A DNA stretch of 64,000 nucleotides from the NCBI GenBank assembly GCA_951406725.2, contig OX597824.1, forward strand, positions 36,518,001 through 36,582,000. Direction: 5' to 3'. This document shows, one piece after another, positions 27,531 to 41,844 of the stretch; position 1 is the stretch's first letter; each line of letters opens with the position of its first letter. A program made the position numbers and the translations under genes. Below the pieces are notes generated by a model. It ran no database searches. It had not been told where the DNA came from and saw nothing but the letters and a program-made list of their open reading frames with translations. The DNA comes from Octopus vulgaris (taxonomy: Eukaryota).

Positions 27531-28394
27531 TGTGTGTGTACCCATTTATCAATGTTAGTTTGGGCTGATAATTTTGGCAAATTTAAGATATTAGCAGAAA
27601 TTATTACCACAAATACCTTACACTTGGATGATTTACATAATACAAATACAGAAATACTCTGTATGGTACCCTGAAATTAGTTATGTACATGATGCAATCT
27701 TAATTTATGATCTTTAAGTCAGTACTCCAAAAAATAGTTTCTTTCAACAAATCAGGACAAATGTCAAGAAATCTTTTCCTGCTATTTTAGTCTTTCACAA
27801 TCATTCATTACTTTGGCCAGGTACAAAGATTACAGTTTTAGAGAAAAAACTAAAAAAAATTTATTGGTATTTACACTAATTCAAAGACATTAGAGGCATA
27901 AATGAAGTGTAATGAGTTCATAATAAAGCTGAAATAGGCTACTTATTACTGGGTCACTGGAGGTGAAACCTTTTGTCTGATGACATGTGTCACACTTTTG
28001 TAGCATTCCTTGAACAAAAGAAGTTACTTTGAAATTCTAAATGAAAACACAACTTTTATATTATTTTCTTCATGAAAAGACAGAAAGGAACAATGACAAT
28101 ATTCTACACATTACTGATATTATTCTCTTTCACTAAAACTAATTCCCACATTATTTCTCATTATTTGCTTTTTCCACCTTACATCTGTTCTGCTCTGGAA
28201 ACCCAGACTGTCTGTGTATCTTTAGAACAGGTGTCTAGCATAAGGAGAAAATTCCTACAACTTTTTATCCAAACTACAAACCAAATACATTAAAAGACAC
28301 AACACAATGCCAAAGTTTGGACACAGCATGGATGGTGTAGGCATCTTCCTTAATTTCTTCTTTAACAAAGCAAAAGAAAATGACATTGCATGAT

Positions 28395-28605
28395 ATTTCT
28401 TATCTTTTATCTGTTTCTGTCATTAGACTGAGGCCATGCTGGGGCACAACCTTAAAAAATTTTAGTCAAATGAATCAAATGCAGGACTTATTTCTTTAAG
28501 CCTTGTACTTAATCAATCAGTCTCTTTTGCTGAACTGCTAGGTTACAGGGATGTTAACACACCAACAACAGTATCAAGAAATGATGGGGTATAAACAAGC
28601 AAAAG
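28395..28605 (-). mobile_element. SINE family A 3' half; other partial copies at ~20140-20370, ~21121-21270, ~22280-22380, ~29628-29760 and ~30847-30990
   Basis: Shared family A motifs (ggacttatt...gtactta...tctcttttgctgaactgcta; ttctttcagttt..tctacca..tccactcacaagg). Confidence 0.7.
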
Positions 28606-28656
<51 letters not shown>

Positions 28657-28959
28657 TGCACATGTCTGCACACACACAGGCACATACGCACACACACACA
28701 CACAGAGTTTTTATTTTAGCAGTTACTTAAAAGTTGCAAGATGTTTTATTTGGAGATCAGTAAAACTGTAGCAAAATACATAGATGGATTCAAAGTCTAC
28801 TAAATTCAGAGCCATCAGGGTTTTGTATCACAATGATCTGTATACCTCTCTGCTGAGTTGCAAAAGGAACATCTTGCAGATTGGAAGTGACTATTCAAAT
28901 AGATAAAACTACAATGTTCTTTGAGTAAATTTATTAAATACCTTTTATTATTCACGTTG

Positions 28960-29310
<351 letters not shown>

Positions 29311-29460
29311 AAATAAGCAACAAAAATATCTTCGGTACCAAAGCTATTCTTGTTGCTTATTTTGATTATAATCACCCCATGGATTTATATGGATAACACC
29401 ATGCCAAATTCTGGTGCATCTAACTTAAGTACCATATCCATTTGAATCTAAATTTTGCTG

Positions 29461-29512
<52 letters not shown>

Positions 29513-29786
29513 AAAGTTATAAATAGCGAGAGAAATATAGTATGATAAGATTTAATTAACTATTGGAAATTCTTACATAACAATTGTTATACAAGAATTT
29601 TCAATGGTTACATAAATTTTATCACTGCCTTTAGTCGAGCAAATCGATCCCAAGACTTATCCTGTGGGACTCATTTGCTGAACCATTAAGTTAAGGGGAC
29701 ACAGACAGACCAACACCAGTTGTCAAGCAGTGATGGAGGGGCAAACACAGGCACAAAGACACACACACATACATCTACACATTTAT

Positions 29787-29850
<64 letters not shown>

Positions 29851-31003
29851 GAATATATATATATATATATATACATATATATATACATATATATATACAT
29901 ATATATACACATATATACATATATATATATATAAATAAATAAATGGAGTTAAACATAGGTGTTATTCAAATTCTTTTACTTCTGATGCATGTTTTGAAGA
30001 TATCACTGGTATTGTTCCAAAGGAATAAAATGGTGTAAAACAATGTAATCTTCTCTTCAGGAAAATGAAGAAATGAAACTTGTCAATAAGACATTTTAGC
30101 AGAATATGATGGATATGTATAGTGATTCACTGAATGCTATTAAGTTTGTTTTAAAAAAATGTTAGAGGATATAACGTCAAAGGTAGCCTATAGAAAGAGG
30201 AGGGGGTAAAGGAAGGAAAAAAAAACAAATAAATGAGAAGTATATAATGATATGTAAATTAAATAAAACCCTAAAGTCTTGGGAAAAGATATATCTGGTG
30301 AATGTGAAATGTAAGAAGAAAATTAATGTTTAAATTATATATAATGATAGATATCACTTATATGAACTAAAGGTGTGTTTCTGCCAATGTTTACATCAGT
30401 ATGCATGCTCTATAACCATGTTTATTAAGGTATTTTTAGAAAAAGGAGTAAAAAATAGTTTTTTACTTGTATGATTTTTTGCTACCCTGGTAACTATTTA
30501 CCTATTTTTCCCATGTTAATTGTTAACAAGGGAAAAATACACACATCTATTTATATAAGAATGAGGTATTTTTATCTATTGGCTGAAACAGCTGTAAGTT
30601 ATTTTCCCAATTTATATTCATGTTTTTTATTATAATTACTGGTATCCTTATATATTACTATATTCTATATCTTATATGTGATATGTAAAGAATAATATGT
30701 TATATGTATGTTATTGTAATTATCAGTTTAGTAAATAAATAAATACGTTAACATTATTTAAAGTCTAAAAGTTGATGAATCACCAATTGTTCTCCTCCAT
30801 TTTCTTATTTGCTACATATATATATATATATGTATATATATATAAGATGGGCTTCTTTCAGTTTCTGTCTACCAACTCCACTCACAAGGTTTTGGTCAGC
30901 CTGGGGGGGCTATAGTAGAAGACACTTGCTCAAGGTGAGACATAGTGGGACTGAACTTGGAATCATGTGGTTGGGAAACAAGCTTTTTATCACAAAGCCA
31001 TAC

Positions 31004-31081
<78 letters not shown>

Positions 31082-31838
31082 TTATGTATATATGTGCATA
31101 TATATGATGATGTCCCTAACATTTATTCTTTAACAGCCATTAGTTCTATCAATAACTGGTTTTCAGTTAACTATTTGCAAGAGTGAGAGAATAGAAATGT
31201 AAGAAGAAATTAAGTTTCATCTTTGCAAACAGAAAAAGCACATGACAATGTCACACTGAAAATTACATTAAAGCCTTTGTTTTGTGTGGTCTGCCACCTT
31301 GGAGAGGTAGCTGGAAGTAGGTATTCGTGGGTTTTATACAGAACAGAATTCCATGTTGGCATGGGTTAAGGACCTTTTTCCATCTCTATGAATATGTTTG
31401 CATTTATTTTGGAACTTTTTATAGAACAGACTCCTAATCTAATTCTGGTAAGCATCAAGTTTGGCACCAAATAACACAAAGACACAAATTGGCATCTGTT
31501 TTTCAAATTAAGTTATAAAAGTGGTTTCCTATTAGGTATAGATATCAAGAAGGCTGAAATATTTGTAAGCTCTTTCTGGCAAACTTACTTATTTGTATCA
31601 CATTTAGATGAGAATAGCATTGTTAATTTTATGTTTGTTAGTTATAGTTTTGTTAATTATAGGTGTCTAAATGGCCAGTCTCTAATTCACTGAATTTCTG
31701 ATGGCAAGGGAAACAAGGGAGTGTGTATGCAACTTGGCAGAACAAATACCACAGGGATTTTTTAAATCAATGCTTTCTTTATGTCCTCTAGATGTTTACA
31801 TATTTCAGTTTTTATATGTGCATGTGTGTCTGTGGGTG

Positions 31839-31879
<41 letters not shown>

Positions 31880-33279
31880 CTTCAGCACAATTTCTTTCAA
31901 CAAGTTGCACCTAATAAGGCATTTGTAAGCTACTTGGCCCAAGGTGGTGCACAGTGAAATCAAACAGAAAAAAATGGTTGCAAAATAAACTTGTCATCCC
32001 CACCACCACCACCACACACACACACACACACACACACTGCCATTTCACTTCACTGACAGTTTATTTCACTGCAATTTGCTGCAGGGTCAGTTGTTAGAGA
32101 ACCATGTTGTAGAAAATAAATAAGATCTTAAAAAGAAGCACTTACCACACACCTACATATCCTATTGTTTCTGATACAATTAAAGACAACTTATATCTCC
32201 AATATAATTACTACATGGGAATAGTGTTCAGTTTTAGTTGCAGCCATATCAATATATCTGTGAATTGGTAGAATCCAGAGAGCATCAAAGAATATGGTAT
32301 CTTGTTACATAATTTTATGTTCTGGTTTTGAATCCCAAGACCAACATTGCCTTTCATCAATAAAGGATCAATAATTTGAGTACCAGTCAGGAACTGGGGT
32401 CAATCATAATCGATTATACTCTCCCCCACATTCTATCTCTGCTAGAAATCAATATATCTCTTATCTGACTGGCCATTCTTCATGAGATGTGTTCAATCAA
32501 TAAATCTGTTTTGGATCTTTTTTAATGAACTTCTTGCCACTTAATTCAGCCTTAAGTAAATTACTTCAAGTTTGCGTTGATTTATATTTCCATCCATATA
32601 TGAGAGGCAATATAGAATATTGAATCAGCACAGACCAAATACCATCCCTCATCGTTTTACTTCAGGAAAATTGATACCCTACACTAGAGTCAACATCCAA
32701 CTTCCACAATATCCGCAAACCAAGCAGCAGGCATCACTTGATCAGTCACAGATCATAGACAATATCCAATCACCACATGACCCAGAGACTTAGAAGCAAC
32801 CAAAATTCCCAACGTCACCTAATTAGACACTAAATGAAATGAATATTAATTAGTGACCATCTCATCTCAGCAATATTAAAATGGCTTCAATATTAAACAA
32901 TATTAAAATATTAAAATGGCTTCAGTCCCCACCATCACCTCTGTTCTTACCATGACAACAGTAAACACTATTATCAGCATGATTGTCTCAACAGCACATC
33001 AGCACAAATATCTAATACCACCATCACTATCAAATCCTTTATGCTAATTTTACCTTAGACTTTTACATGTAGGAAACAAAAAGAACTGCAAAAAAAAAAA
33101 AAAAGAAAGAGAAAAACTCAATCTCTAGATAGTAACAAACACTTCAAACTAGCTGAAAAAGTCCTCTTTGAAAGCCTGCAGCCCAAAGCATTATTTAGTT
33201 ATATGTCAGCTGCCAAAAAAAAAAATCATTCTGATATTAAGGCTTGTTCATTTATTCTGAAATAATTTTGATATCTCAA

Positions 33280-33597
33280 AGAGAAAAGGGAAAGGAGGAG
33301 GAAGAGAAGGGGAGGAGGGAGGGAGGCGGGGGGAGAGGAGGAGAGGGGGTAGGGGGACGAGAAGGAGAAGGGATAGGGCTGGTGGTGAAGGGGTGTAGAA
33401 ATAACAAGAATCAATCAATTTTGCTCAATACAATCTTCTAAAAGTTAACGTAATCAAATCTTCTGCAGACGAGAAAGCAAAAACAAAACAAAAGAAAAAG
33501 AAGAACAAGAAGAACAAGAAGAACAAGAAGAAGAAGAAGAAGAAGAAGAAGAAGAAGAAGAAGAAGAAGAAGAAGAAGAAGAAGAAGAAAAAAAAAG
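33280..33597. repeat. Purine-rich tracts: G-run cluster (~33290-33390) and (GAA)n (~33500-33590)
   Basis: Directly visible. Confidence 0.9.
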
Positions 33598-34217
33598 CAA
33601 TATCTGAAAGTTATAAGAATAACTAAGTTGATAAATGGGAGGAGGGCTTTGATATATTTTATGATTTATGGGAGGAAAATGAAATCGGAAATATTTCTGA
33701 TGTATGATTTGAATATTGGCTGAGCTCTTCAAACATGGCTGCAGCTATAGAGAATAAAAACAGTATAGCTACAGCTCTGTGAATCAGTGAAACATAGCTG
33801 CAATCATAGCGAGTAAGATCCTAGCTAACAATCATTATGAAAACCACTCAAACACAACTTAGTTAAGTGAGTTACTTAAAGAAGTATGTTAAGGACCCCA
33901 ATTAGCAATAGTTAACTGAACTAGGCAGACATCTACAGCCATGTAGATTAATAGCCACAGCTAAAGTCTGTTAAATACAGCTAATGCTATGTAACATTAG
34001 ACCGCAATTATCATTTGTTAATCCAAGTCAGTGGAACCAAGCTACGGCAATCTATAGTAAGACTTCGGTTAACAAGAGTAAACTTTACAAATATAAATAC
34101 AACTCCGGAGAAGGAAACAGTGGTTCAAATATTACTGCAATTTTGATAATATTTCTTTTAACTGATGATAAACTAGCACTCTTAAGGTAGCCAAATGCCT
34201 CATCATCTAATTAGTGA

Positions 34218-34615
34218 TGCGCAGGCGGCTGCCCCGGTACTACCTTGTCGTGGTGAGAGAGCTTATGCCCTTTGAGGTGGGGGGTGGGAGTGGCTTGTGA
34301 TGGCAGTCACCCACCTCGCACATGCCCCTCTCGTACGAAGGACCTCCAGCTTTCATGGACAAACCAACCATCCTGGAAGAACGCCCTCGCGCTATCTCTG
34401 TATTGACAGATGCCACGAACAACGACCTGACCTAAACGCCCAGTGTATTTGGGTAGGGCCGCCAGGTAATCGTACTGTCCTGGGATCGACACCGGTGCAG
34501 ATCCTTGACAACGAGTTACAGGCCAGCACCGAGTTGGTCGGCACGTACCTGAGGGTAGTCCCAACCATGACCAGTCCCACGGGGTGGGCTTTGCACGACT
34601 CGGGATGATCCACTG
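34218..34615 (+). mobile_element. GC/CpG-rich island, probable retroelement 5'UTR (RTE-like)
   Basis: Sharp composition change; near its start is accttgtcgtggtgagagagctt, similar to the ccttgtcgtgg...gggctt start of RTE elements (recalled). No credible ORF. Confidence 0.45.
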
Positions 34616-34711
34616 ATTTAGTCTTTCACTCTTTTACTGGTTTTATTCATTGGGTTGTGGCCATACTGAGGGATTGCGTTGAAGGGTTTTAGCCAATCAT
34701 ATTAACTGTGT

Positions 34712-34939
34712 TTAACACTTTAGCATTCAGATTATTTTGTCAAATGGAATGCTTGTGAATTCACATTGTTTTGAATTAATCATGCATTATCTTTTAGCTT
34801 TGAGATTCCGATGATGTGATTGTTTACTTTTGGCATGACATTGTAGGACAGGTGTAAGAGATCAGATTTGGCCCGTTTGAACATAAAACAAATAGAATAC
34901 TTTGGTCATAAACAACAAGTTTAAATGCTAATAGATTAA
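34712..34939 (+). mobile_element. TTAA-flanked MITE family 2 (diverged copy)
   Basis: Shares ttcagattatt, ttgaattaatcatgcattatct and gtttgaacataaaaca with 10254-10480; TTAA at both ends. Confidence 0.78.
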
Positions 34940-35030
34940 TCAATCTTAACATTTTACCATAAGTCTGAGTTAATGTTTTTTTTTATTTTGTACATAAGGG
35001 GCTGTAACATGATATCATTTATACTAATAG

Positions 35031-35061
<31 letters not shown>

Positions 35062-35517
35062 TGACAGACTTCAGTACAGATTTTGTAGAGCAAATCCCGC
35101 TTGTAAGACATGGAACCCAGACACGTGTGTTGCTATGTTGTCGTATCAAAATTAGAATTTTGCAATCATGAAAGAATTTCTGAATCACATGGCTATGTTT
35201 GTGACTGTTCTCATTTTTTACTCAGAAAGCTTTTGTCAGATAAATTACAAAGATTGAAAAAAATTAATAACCTAAGTCTCAGACCTCCAGGACATTGCTT
35301 CTTCTTTATTCTTTTTTTTTTTTAATAATAAAACATGATTTGTGTTGAAAGTAAATCAAATCCAAACTTAGGAGATTTTGATAGTAAGAAACAGAAAATT
35401 AAATTGTGGTGAGAGAGCAAAAAAAAAAGGAAGATGAGAAACAGCTCCGTGCAGAATCACAAAATTGAAACACAAGTCTGAGAAACTGTACACCACAATT
35501 ATTTTCTTATATAAAAG

Positions 35518-35842
35518 AGACCCCTTGGTCATGAATGACCACGGGATTGCACTTAGAAAGTTACCCTCCAAGGCACAAGTCTGGGCAAGGTTGTTTATGA
35601 AAGACCAGCAATCGCCCATGCATACCAGCATCCCCTCTCAACACCGCCGATGTTATCCAAGGGAGATGAAAAGGCCAATGCAGCTTGGCACCAGTGACAT
35701 CGCAACTCATTTTTATAGATGAGTAAACTGGAGCAACATGAAATAGAGTGTCTTGCTCAAGAACACAGCTCACAGAAACCAATCCAAAAATCAAACTCAC
35801 TACCTTAGCCTGAAGCTCAAACCACAGAGGCATGCACCTTCA
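35518..35842 (-). mobile_element. SINE family C (longer copy)
   Basis: Reverse complement of 10675-10923 with additional 3' sequence. Confidence 0.85.
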
Positions 35843-35899
35843 AACTTTTCTCACATAGATAGAAGAAATGCTATGGTTTGATATGCTTTTATTTACATT

Positions 35900-36142
35900 A
35901 TTATTTGTAGTAGTATTACTTCACTCGTGCATGCTAATTTAGCTAGCAGGTATTTCACCTTAAGGTTTGATGACAACAAGTCTCCTCAAATCTCAAGAAT
36001 TTTCCTAAGGATTCTTGCAGAATATAGGATGGTAATTTTCTGCAGGTTGGCAATGAGAGCATAAATGCCAATTTCTTTCGGTCTTTTATGTAGCAATTTG
36101 GGCGTTATACCAAGTGCACCAATTACTACAGGAATAATTATT
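35900..36142 (-). mobile_element. 3' end of an R4/Dong-type (restriction-like endonuclease) non-LTR retrotransposon
   Basis: Translation IIPVVIGALGITPK...IGI...LQKITILYSARILRKILEI* matches the conserved C-terminus of this clade. It abuts an (ATC)/(ATA)/(ATT)n tract, consistent with the known (TAA)n targeting of Dong elements. Confidence 0.75.
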
Positions 36143-36212
36143 GTCATCATCATCATCATAATAATAATAATAATAATAATAATAATTATTATTATTATTA
36201 TTATTATTATTA

Positions 36213-36254
<42 letters not shown>

Positions 36255-39094
36255 GATAATAATAATAATAATAATTATTATAGCTATTCTGATTTACCAT
36301 ATTCAGTCACCATGGTTAACCAACTCAAATAATAGGCTGGCATCAATAAGGTGTTATTCATCATGAAATTTAAGATCAATAAATTGCTACTTGAAGAGCT
36401 TCCACATGACGTTCCTGAGGACAGAAGTTGCATTTAAAAGTTACTCTTGATCAGGTTAATTAACTAATTAAGTATTAGATCCAATTTATGCAGTAGGTAA
36501 TGGTTAAATGCAATTTCCAAGCAGAGTTGCAAGTAAGCACTGAAGCATTCCTGTATCTGCTTATCCCAACCCATGCCAGCAGGGAAAAATGGGTGTTAGA
36601 TAATGATGATGGTGGTGGTGGTGGTGGTGATGATGATGAAGATGATGATAGTCATGTCTTAATGGACACAGGTGAATTTACACACATGTTTGGAACACGT
36701 GTGTTCTGAAATTAGCACAAAAAGACAAGGAATGAACTCTCAATAAGGTAGAATTTGTTAACAAATTAAAGATTTAAAAATTATGACTGCATATAATGTC
36801 ATATAAGCCAGCAACCATACTGATCACAGAATGGCTTCCTCACGGAATGGCTTCCTAACAATGGAGACCTATTTAGGAATTTACAGTTGAATCCTATTCA
36901 ATCATACAATATGGAAGTAAAAAAAATCAACTAGAAACATGTTTGTGACAGCCCATCTCCAGCCTAGAGACACAATACAAGAGTCAAATAAATGCAGATG
37001 TCAAAGGTCAGCAAAAGAGTCAGCAAAAAATGTAGTGTTTCAACTTCATCAGAAGATTTGTCCTAAAGCACATGTAGGACATGGGAGAATTATTGAAACT
37101 ACTATTACTATTACTCAAGAAGACCTACCTTCGGCAACAGAAATGATTTTATAAAATCAAGGTGCCACATAAAAAAGCATTGGTGTGGGTGCTGGTGTCA
37201 TGTAAAAAGCACCCAGGACATACTCTGTAAAGTGGTTGGTGTTAGGAAGGGCATGCAGTTGTAGAAACCAAACCAAAACAGACTATGGAACTTGGTGCAG
37301 CCCATGGCCTTACCAGTTCTTGTCAAGCCATCCAATCCATGCCAGCATGGAAAACGGATGTTAAATGTTGATGATGATTATTGATACATGCAGGAATATT
37401 GACACTGGAGTGAATAGGATCTCACAAAAAAAATCCACAAGAAACTAACACCCCTGGGAAGATTCTCCAAAGATTGGTAGAGATGCGCTTTTGAGCCTTA
37501 CAGCTACCTACAGTTGAATCATTGACTTTGAGGATACTATTAGGACATTGTACAGCATGCATAAACTGATTGTAAGATACAAAGTAACTGAAGAAATGTC
37601 AGTTTGCCATTTTATGAAATCAAATAATCTATTAATCTTATTCTAGATTCCTTGACATCTTGTGCTAGTCTCTCTAATTTTAGAATGAACCTTTATCTAA
37701 GGAACATGTACTATAAATATAATTACAATTACTGTAAATCCTCAAGTAAAGTCTGCCCTTGAGTATAATATGCAGGGGATTTTTAATAAATGTTGCTTAC
37801 TGCAAGTTATGGATGATTTAAGGTATTTTTGTGCCCAACATCACAAAATGCATCTGAATAAACATTGCCAGACAGCAAATAGAGACTTGGACATTGCTTA
37901 GAAAATAATTTTCATTATTAACCTTGTATATAGTACACACTAAGGATTTTGACCTTTAAATTTTGGGGGAAAAATGCAGATTACACTCAAGGATTTACGG
38001 TATTAAAAGCAATCTGCAGCTCTTCTTGAATCTAAAAAATCTGAGCCCAACAAAGTCAGGTCATAAAGAATAAAGAATAACCAAACTACCAGGAAGGAAT
38101 ATGAACTTTCCTAGGAATGGTTAATGACTTAAGTTGATTCATCTTTAATTAGCATTATTCACAGCCTCATTCTGAGAGTTGACCTTTAATGAACTTCGAA
38201 TTTTAGGATATATTTTTCATTTAAACCCATGAAGAAATCACAGTAGAGGTATTGAATATTTTAATGTATAAGATACTGCTCTACAAGAATATCGGTCAAC
38301 CAAGAAGAGAACAAACACAAAATATAACTAGGAAAGAACCTGAGCATGTTACTCTTTAAAAGGACCATCAGCAGATACGGGTTTTTCATCAGCTCAAATG
38401 GAACTAATGAAATGAGTTGAGAATAACAGATGAGAAAATCAAGAACTGAGACAGATATTTCTAAATTCCTGCTCCAAAATGTACTGGGAACATACATAAC
38501 ATTCATTTCAATGCTCAAAATTGAAGGCTGCACATCAGAATATCCACTTTTATGAAATAATCAAAGATATAACATGATTAATGAAGTTATATACACCAAA
38601 TTCAAGGTGCCAGCTGACTCAAATAATAGAATCACTTACACACTTAGTGATAGTGACAGATAGCTACAAGATATCCCAAGGGAGAAAACTTACGAATAAC
38701 ATTCTTTACTGTATTATTGCTCTTAGTTGAGAACAGAATACTGAAGAAATTAACGAACTTTAATGAACTCCATTATAGCTTCTTGCATTCACCTCCATGA
38801 TCCAAACAGTAAAACAATGGCCCCAATTCTGCTAAAGTTTGCCTGTCTAAAACATCTGTTTGTAGAACCGGTGTTTAATACTTCTAGTAGCAGAACCATT
38901 GTCAAATCAAACAAGGAAGCATCTACAAGACAAGTTGACCAGACAGAAACAGTAGGGAGACAGAAACAGTAGGGAGACAGCCCTCTTAATGGGGAAGATG
39001 TGTCTTCTAGATCATATCTTAAAAATGAAGGGAAAATTTCCATAAGACATTCAGTCTGAAAACGTTTTGTGTGTGTGTATGTTGTGTGTGTGTG

Positions 39095-39146
<52 letters not shown>

Positions 39147-39177
39147 GCGTGTGTGTGTATGTACATGTGTGCATGCA

Positions 39178-39393
39178 AAAAGATTTTCTTAAAACTATAT
39201 TTTAAAAAATCTGAGAAAAATAGTATGTCATGACCATTTTGGAAAGAAGTTTCATATTGTGTGTGTAAGCACTTTTGTTGTGAATGAAAAATTTAATAAT
39301 GAAAGTGCTTACACACACAATAAAGAATCTTCCTTCAGAAGATTTGTGTTGTGTTTTTTTAAAGATTTTTTAATATAGATTTAAGAAAATCTT
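39178..39393. repeat. Imperfect foldback (MITE-like)
   Basis: aaagattttcttaaa-ctatatt pairs with aatatagatttaagaaaatcttt, and tattgtgtgtgtaagcacttt pairs with aaagtgcttacacacacaata. Confidence 0.75.
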
Positions 39394-39491
39394 TCTTATC
39401 GTGTATGTGTGCGTGTGTGTGTGAGTGAGAGAGAGAGAAAAAGAAAAAGAGAAAATGTTTTTTTCTAAAGTGGACCCAAAGAAGAGATCAG

Positions 39492-41032
39492 CTATCCTAC
39501 TTGCCTACAGTATGATTGATAAAGCAATTAAGGATATGAAGGAAGCCCCTGGTCAATTTGGAATTGTGGCTGAGATGCATAATATATCTGGTGAGGCTGG
39601 ATACACTTAGACACCACATATTCCATCAGGTTGTATAGGAAGGTATCATCCCCAATGACTGATGTAGCAGCATCCAAGTCAATTGGTGCAACGATAAAGG
39701 AGATGTCTTAGAAGTAATTACAGAGGTATCAAATTGATGAACCAGGTTATGGAGAGTGTTATAGCCTAATTAATTAGGAACAGAATTAGACTATAAGAGA
39801 TACAGTTTGGTTTTGTGCCAGGGAGAAGTACCACTGATGCTTATCTTCTTAATTAGACAACTGCAGGAGGTAGGCCATTGTACTTGATATTTATTGACCT
39901 AGAGAAAGCCTGCAACAAAGTTGCTAGCTCAGTGATATGGTGCTTGCTGGGAAAGCTAGGAGTAGATGAATGGCTCATGAAAGCCATACACACCATGTAC
40001 AACGGCGCTGTCAGTGAGGGGAAATTTAGCCATGAGTTCAGCAATAAATTTAGCAAACACGTAGGAGTTCACCAGGGTACTCAGTCCCCTCCTATTTATT
40101 ATTTTCCTTTAGGCCATAACAGAGGAATTTACTATGCTAATGATCTTGCTATCACAGTGTAATAGAATTAAAAAATAAATTATGGGTATAGAAAGAAAAC
40201 CTGAAATCAAAGATTCTTCAAGTTAACTTAGCAAAGGACAAAGCTCTAGTAAGCAAGAAAGCAGGCATGATTCCACTCCCTTCAAGTAAATGATCTTACT
40301 TGATATGTAGAAAAGATGTTGGCAGGAATCCTACACGGTGTATCCAGTGCAGGTAATGAATGCACAAAATGCGCAGTGGAATCACAGTAGGTTAACAGAG
40401 AAAATAGAATCTGTTTGTGGCACACATACAAGAGCTATAAACACTAAAATGCCCTGAAATACTCCACATACCCATTCTTTTCCCTCTCCTACTCCACTGT
40501 CCATATCTTCTCTTGCTCCTTGAAGGTTTACTCTGGCACACCATCACTACCAGTTTATCTTCTTCCAAGCTACCCTGACCTTCCCTTATATAATGTGGGA
40601 TAGTCATGTATTTTCTCTCTAGCAAGACACCTGCACTTGCTCTTCTATTATAATTTAGCCTCCCATCACTTGACATGAAACCATTTCTCGTGCCCCTCAA
40701 ATACTCCACTCCACTCTGTCAAAGTAAGGACTTTTCTTTTCCCTTTTCCTGTCTTGCAAGTTATTTGGTAACTTCAGTAGCATGGGTGGCACAAAAAAAA
40801 AAAAAGTTCCCGGTACACACCATAAAGTGGTTGGCATTGGGAAGAGCATCCAGCTGTAGAAACCATGCCAAAACTGGCACTGTAGCTTGACACAACCCTG
40901 CATCTCAATGAATCTAGTCAAACCATCCAACCCGTATCAGCATGGAAAAATGGACATTAAATGGTGATGGTGATGATGATGATGATGATGACAATGGCAA
41001 TGTTGATGACGATGACAATGATGATGATGACA

Positions 41033-41068
<36 letters not shown>

Positions 41069-41075
41069 TTGATGG
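39492..41075 (+). mobile_element. Degenerate 5'-truncated RTE-clade LINE (RT fragments, 3' UTR, (GAT)n tail)
   Basis: Frameshifted RT motifs: KAIKDMK..APG..GIVAEM, QFGFVPGRSTTDA, YLIFIDLEKACNKV...IWCLLGKLGVDEW...VGVHQG...YANDLAI. Ends in the ccatccaaccc-tg-cagcatggaaa...(gat)n tail shared with many short repeats in this window. Confidence 0.88.
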
Positions 41076-41807
41076 TATATAAAACATTCATTTACTTTAT
41101 TTGTAAATCTACTGCAGTCTGCAGCATTTATTCTTTAAGCAAATATAGCAGCTATACTAGACAGAGTAGACACAGCATATTACGACAGAGCCTGTGTTAG
41201 TTTTAAGCTATGCAACCAGCTATACTATAATGAGTTATAAACCATTGAAGACTTGATATAGATTTTTTTTTTTTCCTGTCACAAACCTAAAGACTGAATA
41301 ATTTAGTTCCATATAAATATACTACCTTTAATAAATCTACTTTTCTACAAAACTAACCAGTAATAATAGAGTGAAGATTACAGAAAAATGCCAATGGCTG
41401 ATGTCTTTGTTTGTCACTGCTTCTAAATAAAATAGTTGTAATAATTCCTGTTCAGTTCCTCTTCTGTTCATATTATCGAAGAGATGCTATTTTCATTAAA
41501 AATATTTTCTTCTAAATATATTTCCATTGCTTTAAACCACATTAACTGATGAGAACTTCAGGGTTTTTAATTACTCTTCAAAGTTAAGTCTGTCTTGACC
41601 AATGCTTGAATATAAGATTGTTCAGTCATGTGTTGTTATGAAATTAATGAAGCTGACACCGGTCAGATGTGTACACAAGTGAATGCTTGGGAAGAAGCTA
41701 GAAGCCAGCAAAGTGATGATGAAGAGCTTCAGACCTCAAGAGTAGTGGTGGTGGTGGTGGTGGCGGTAGTAGTAGTGGTGATGGTGGTGGTGGTAGTAGT
41801 GGTAGTG

Positions 41808-41844
<37 letters not shown>

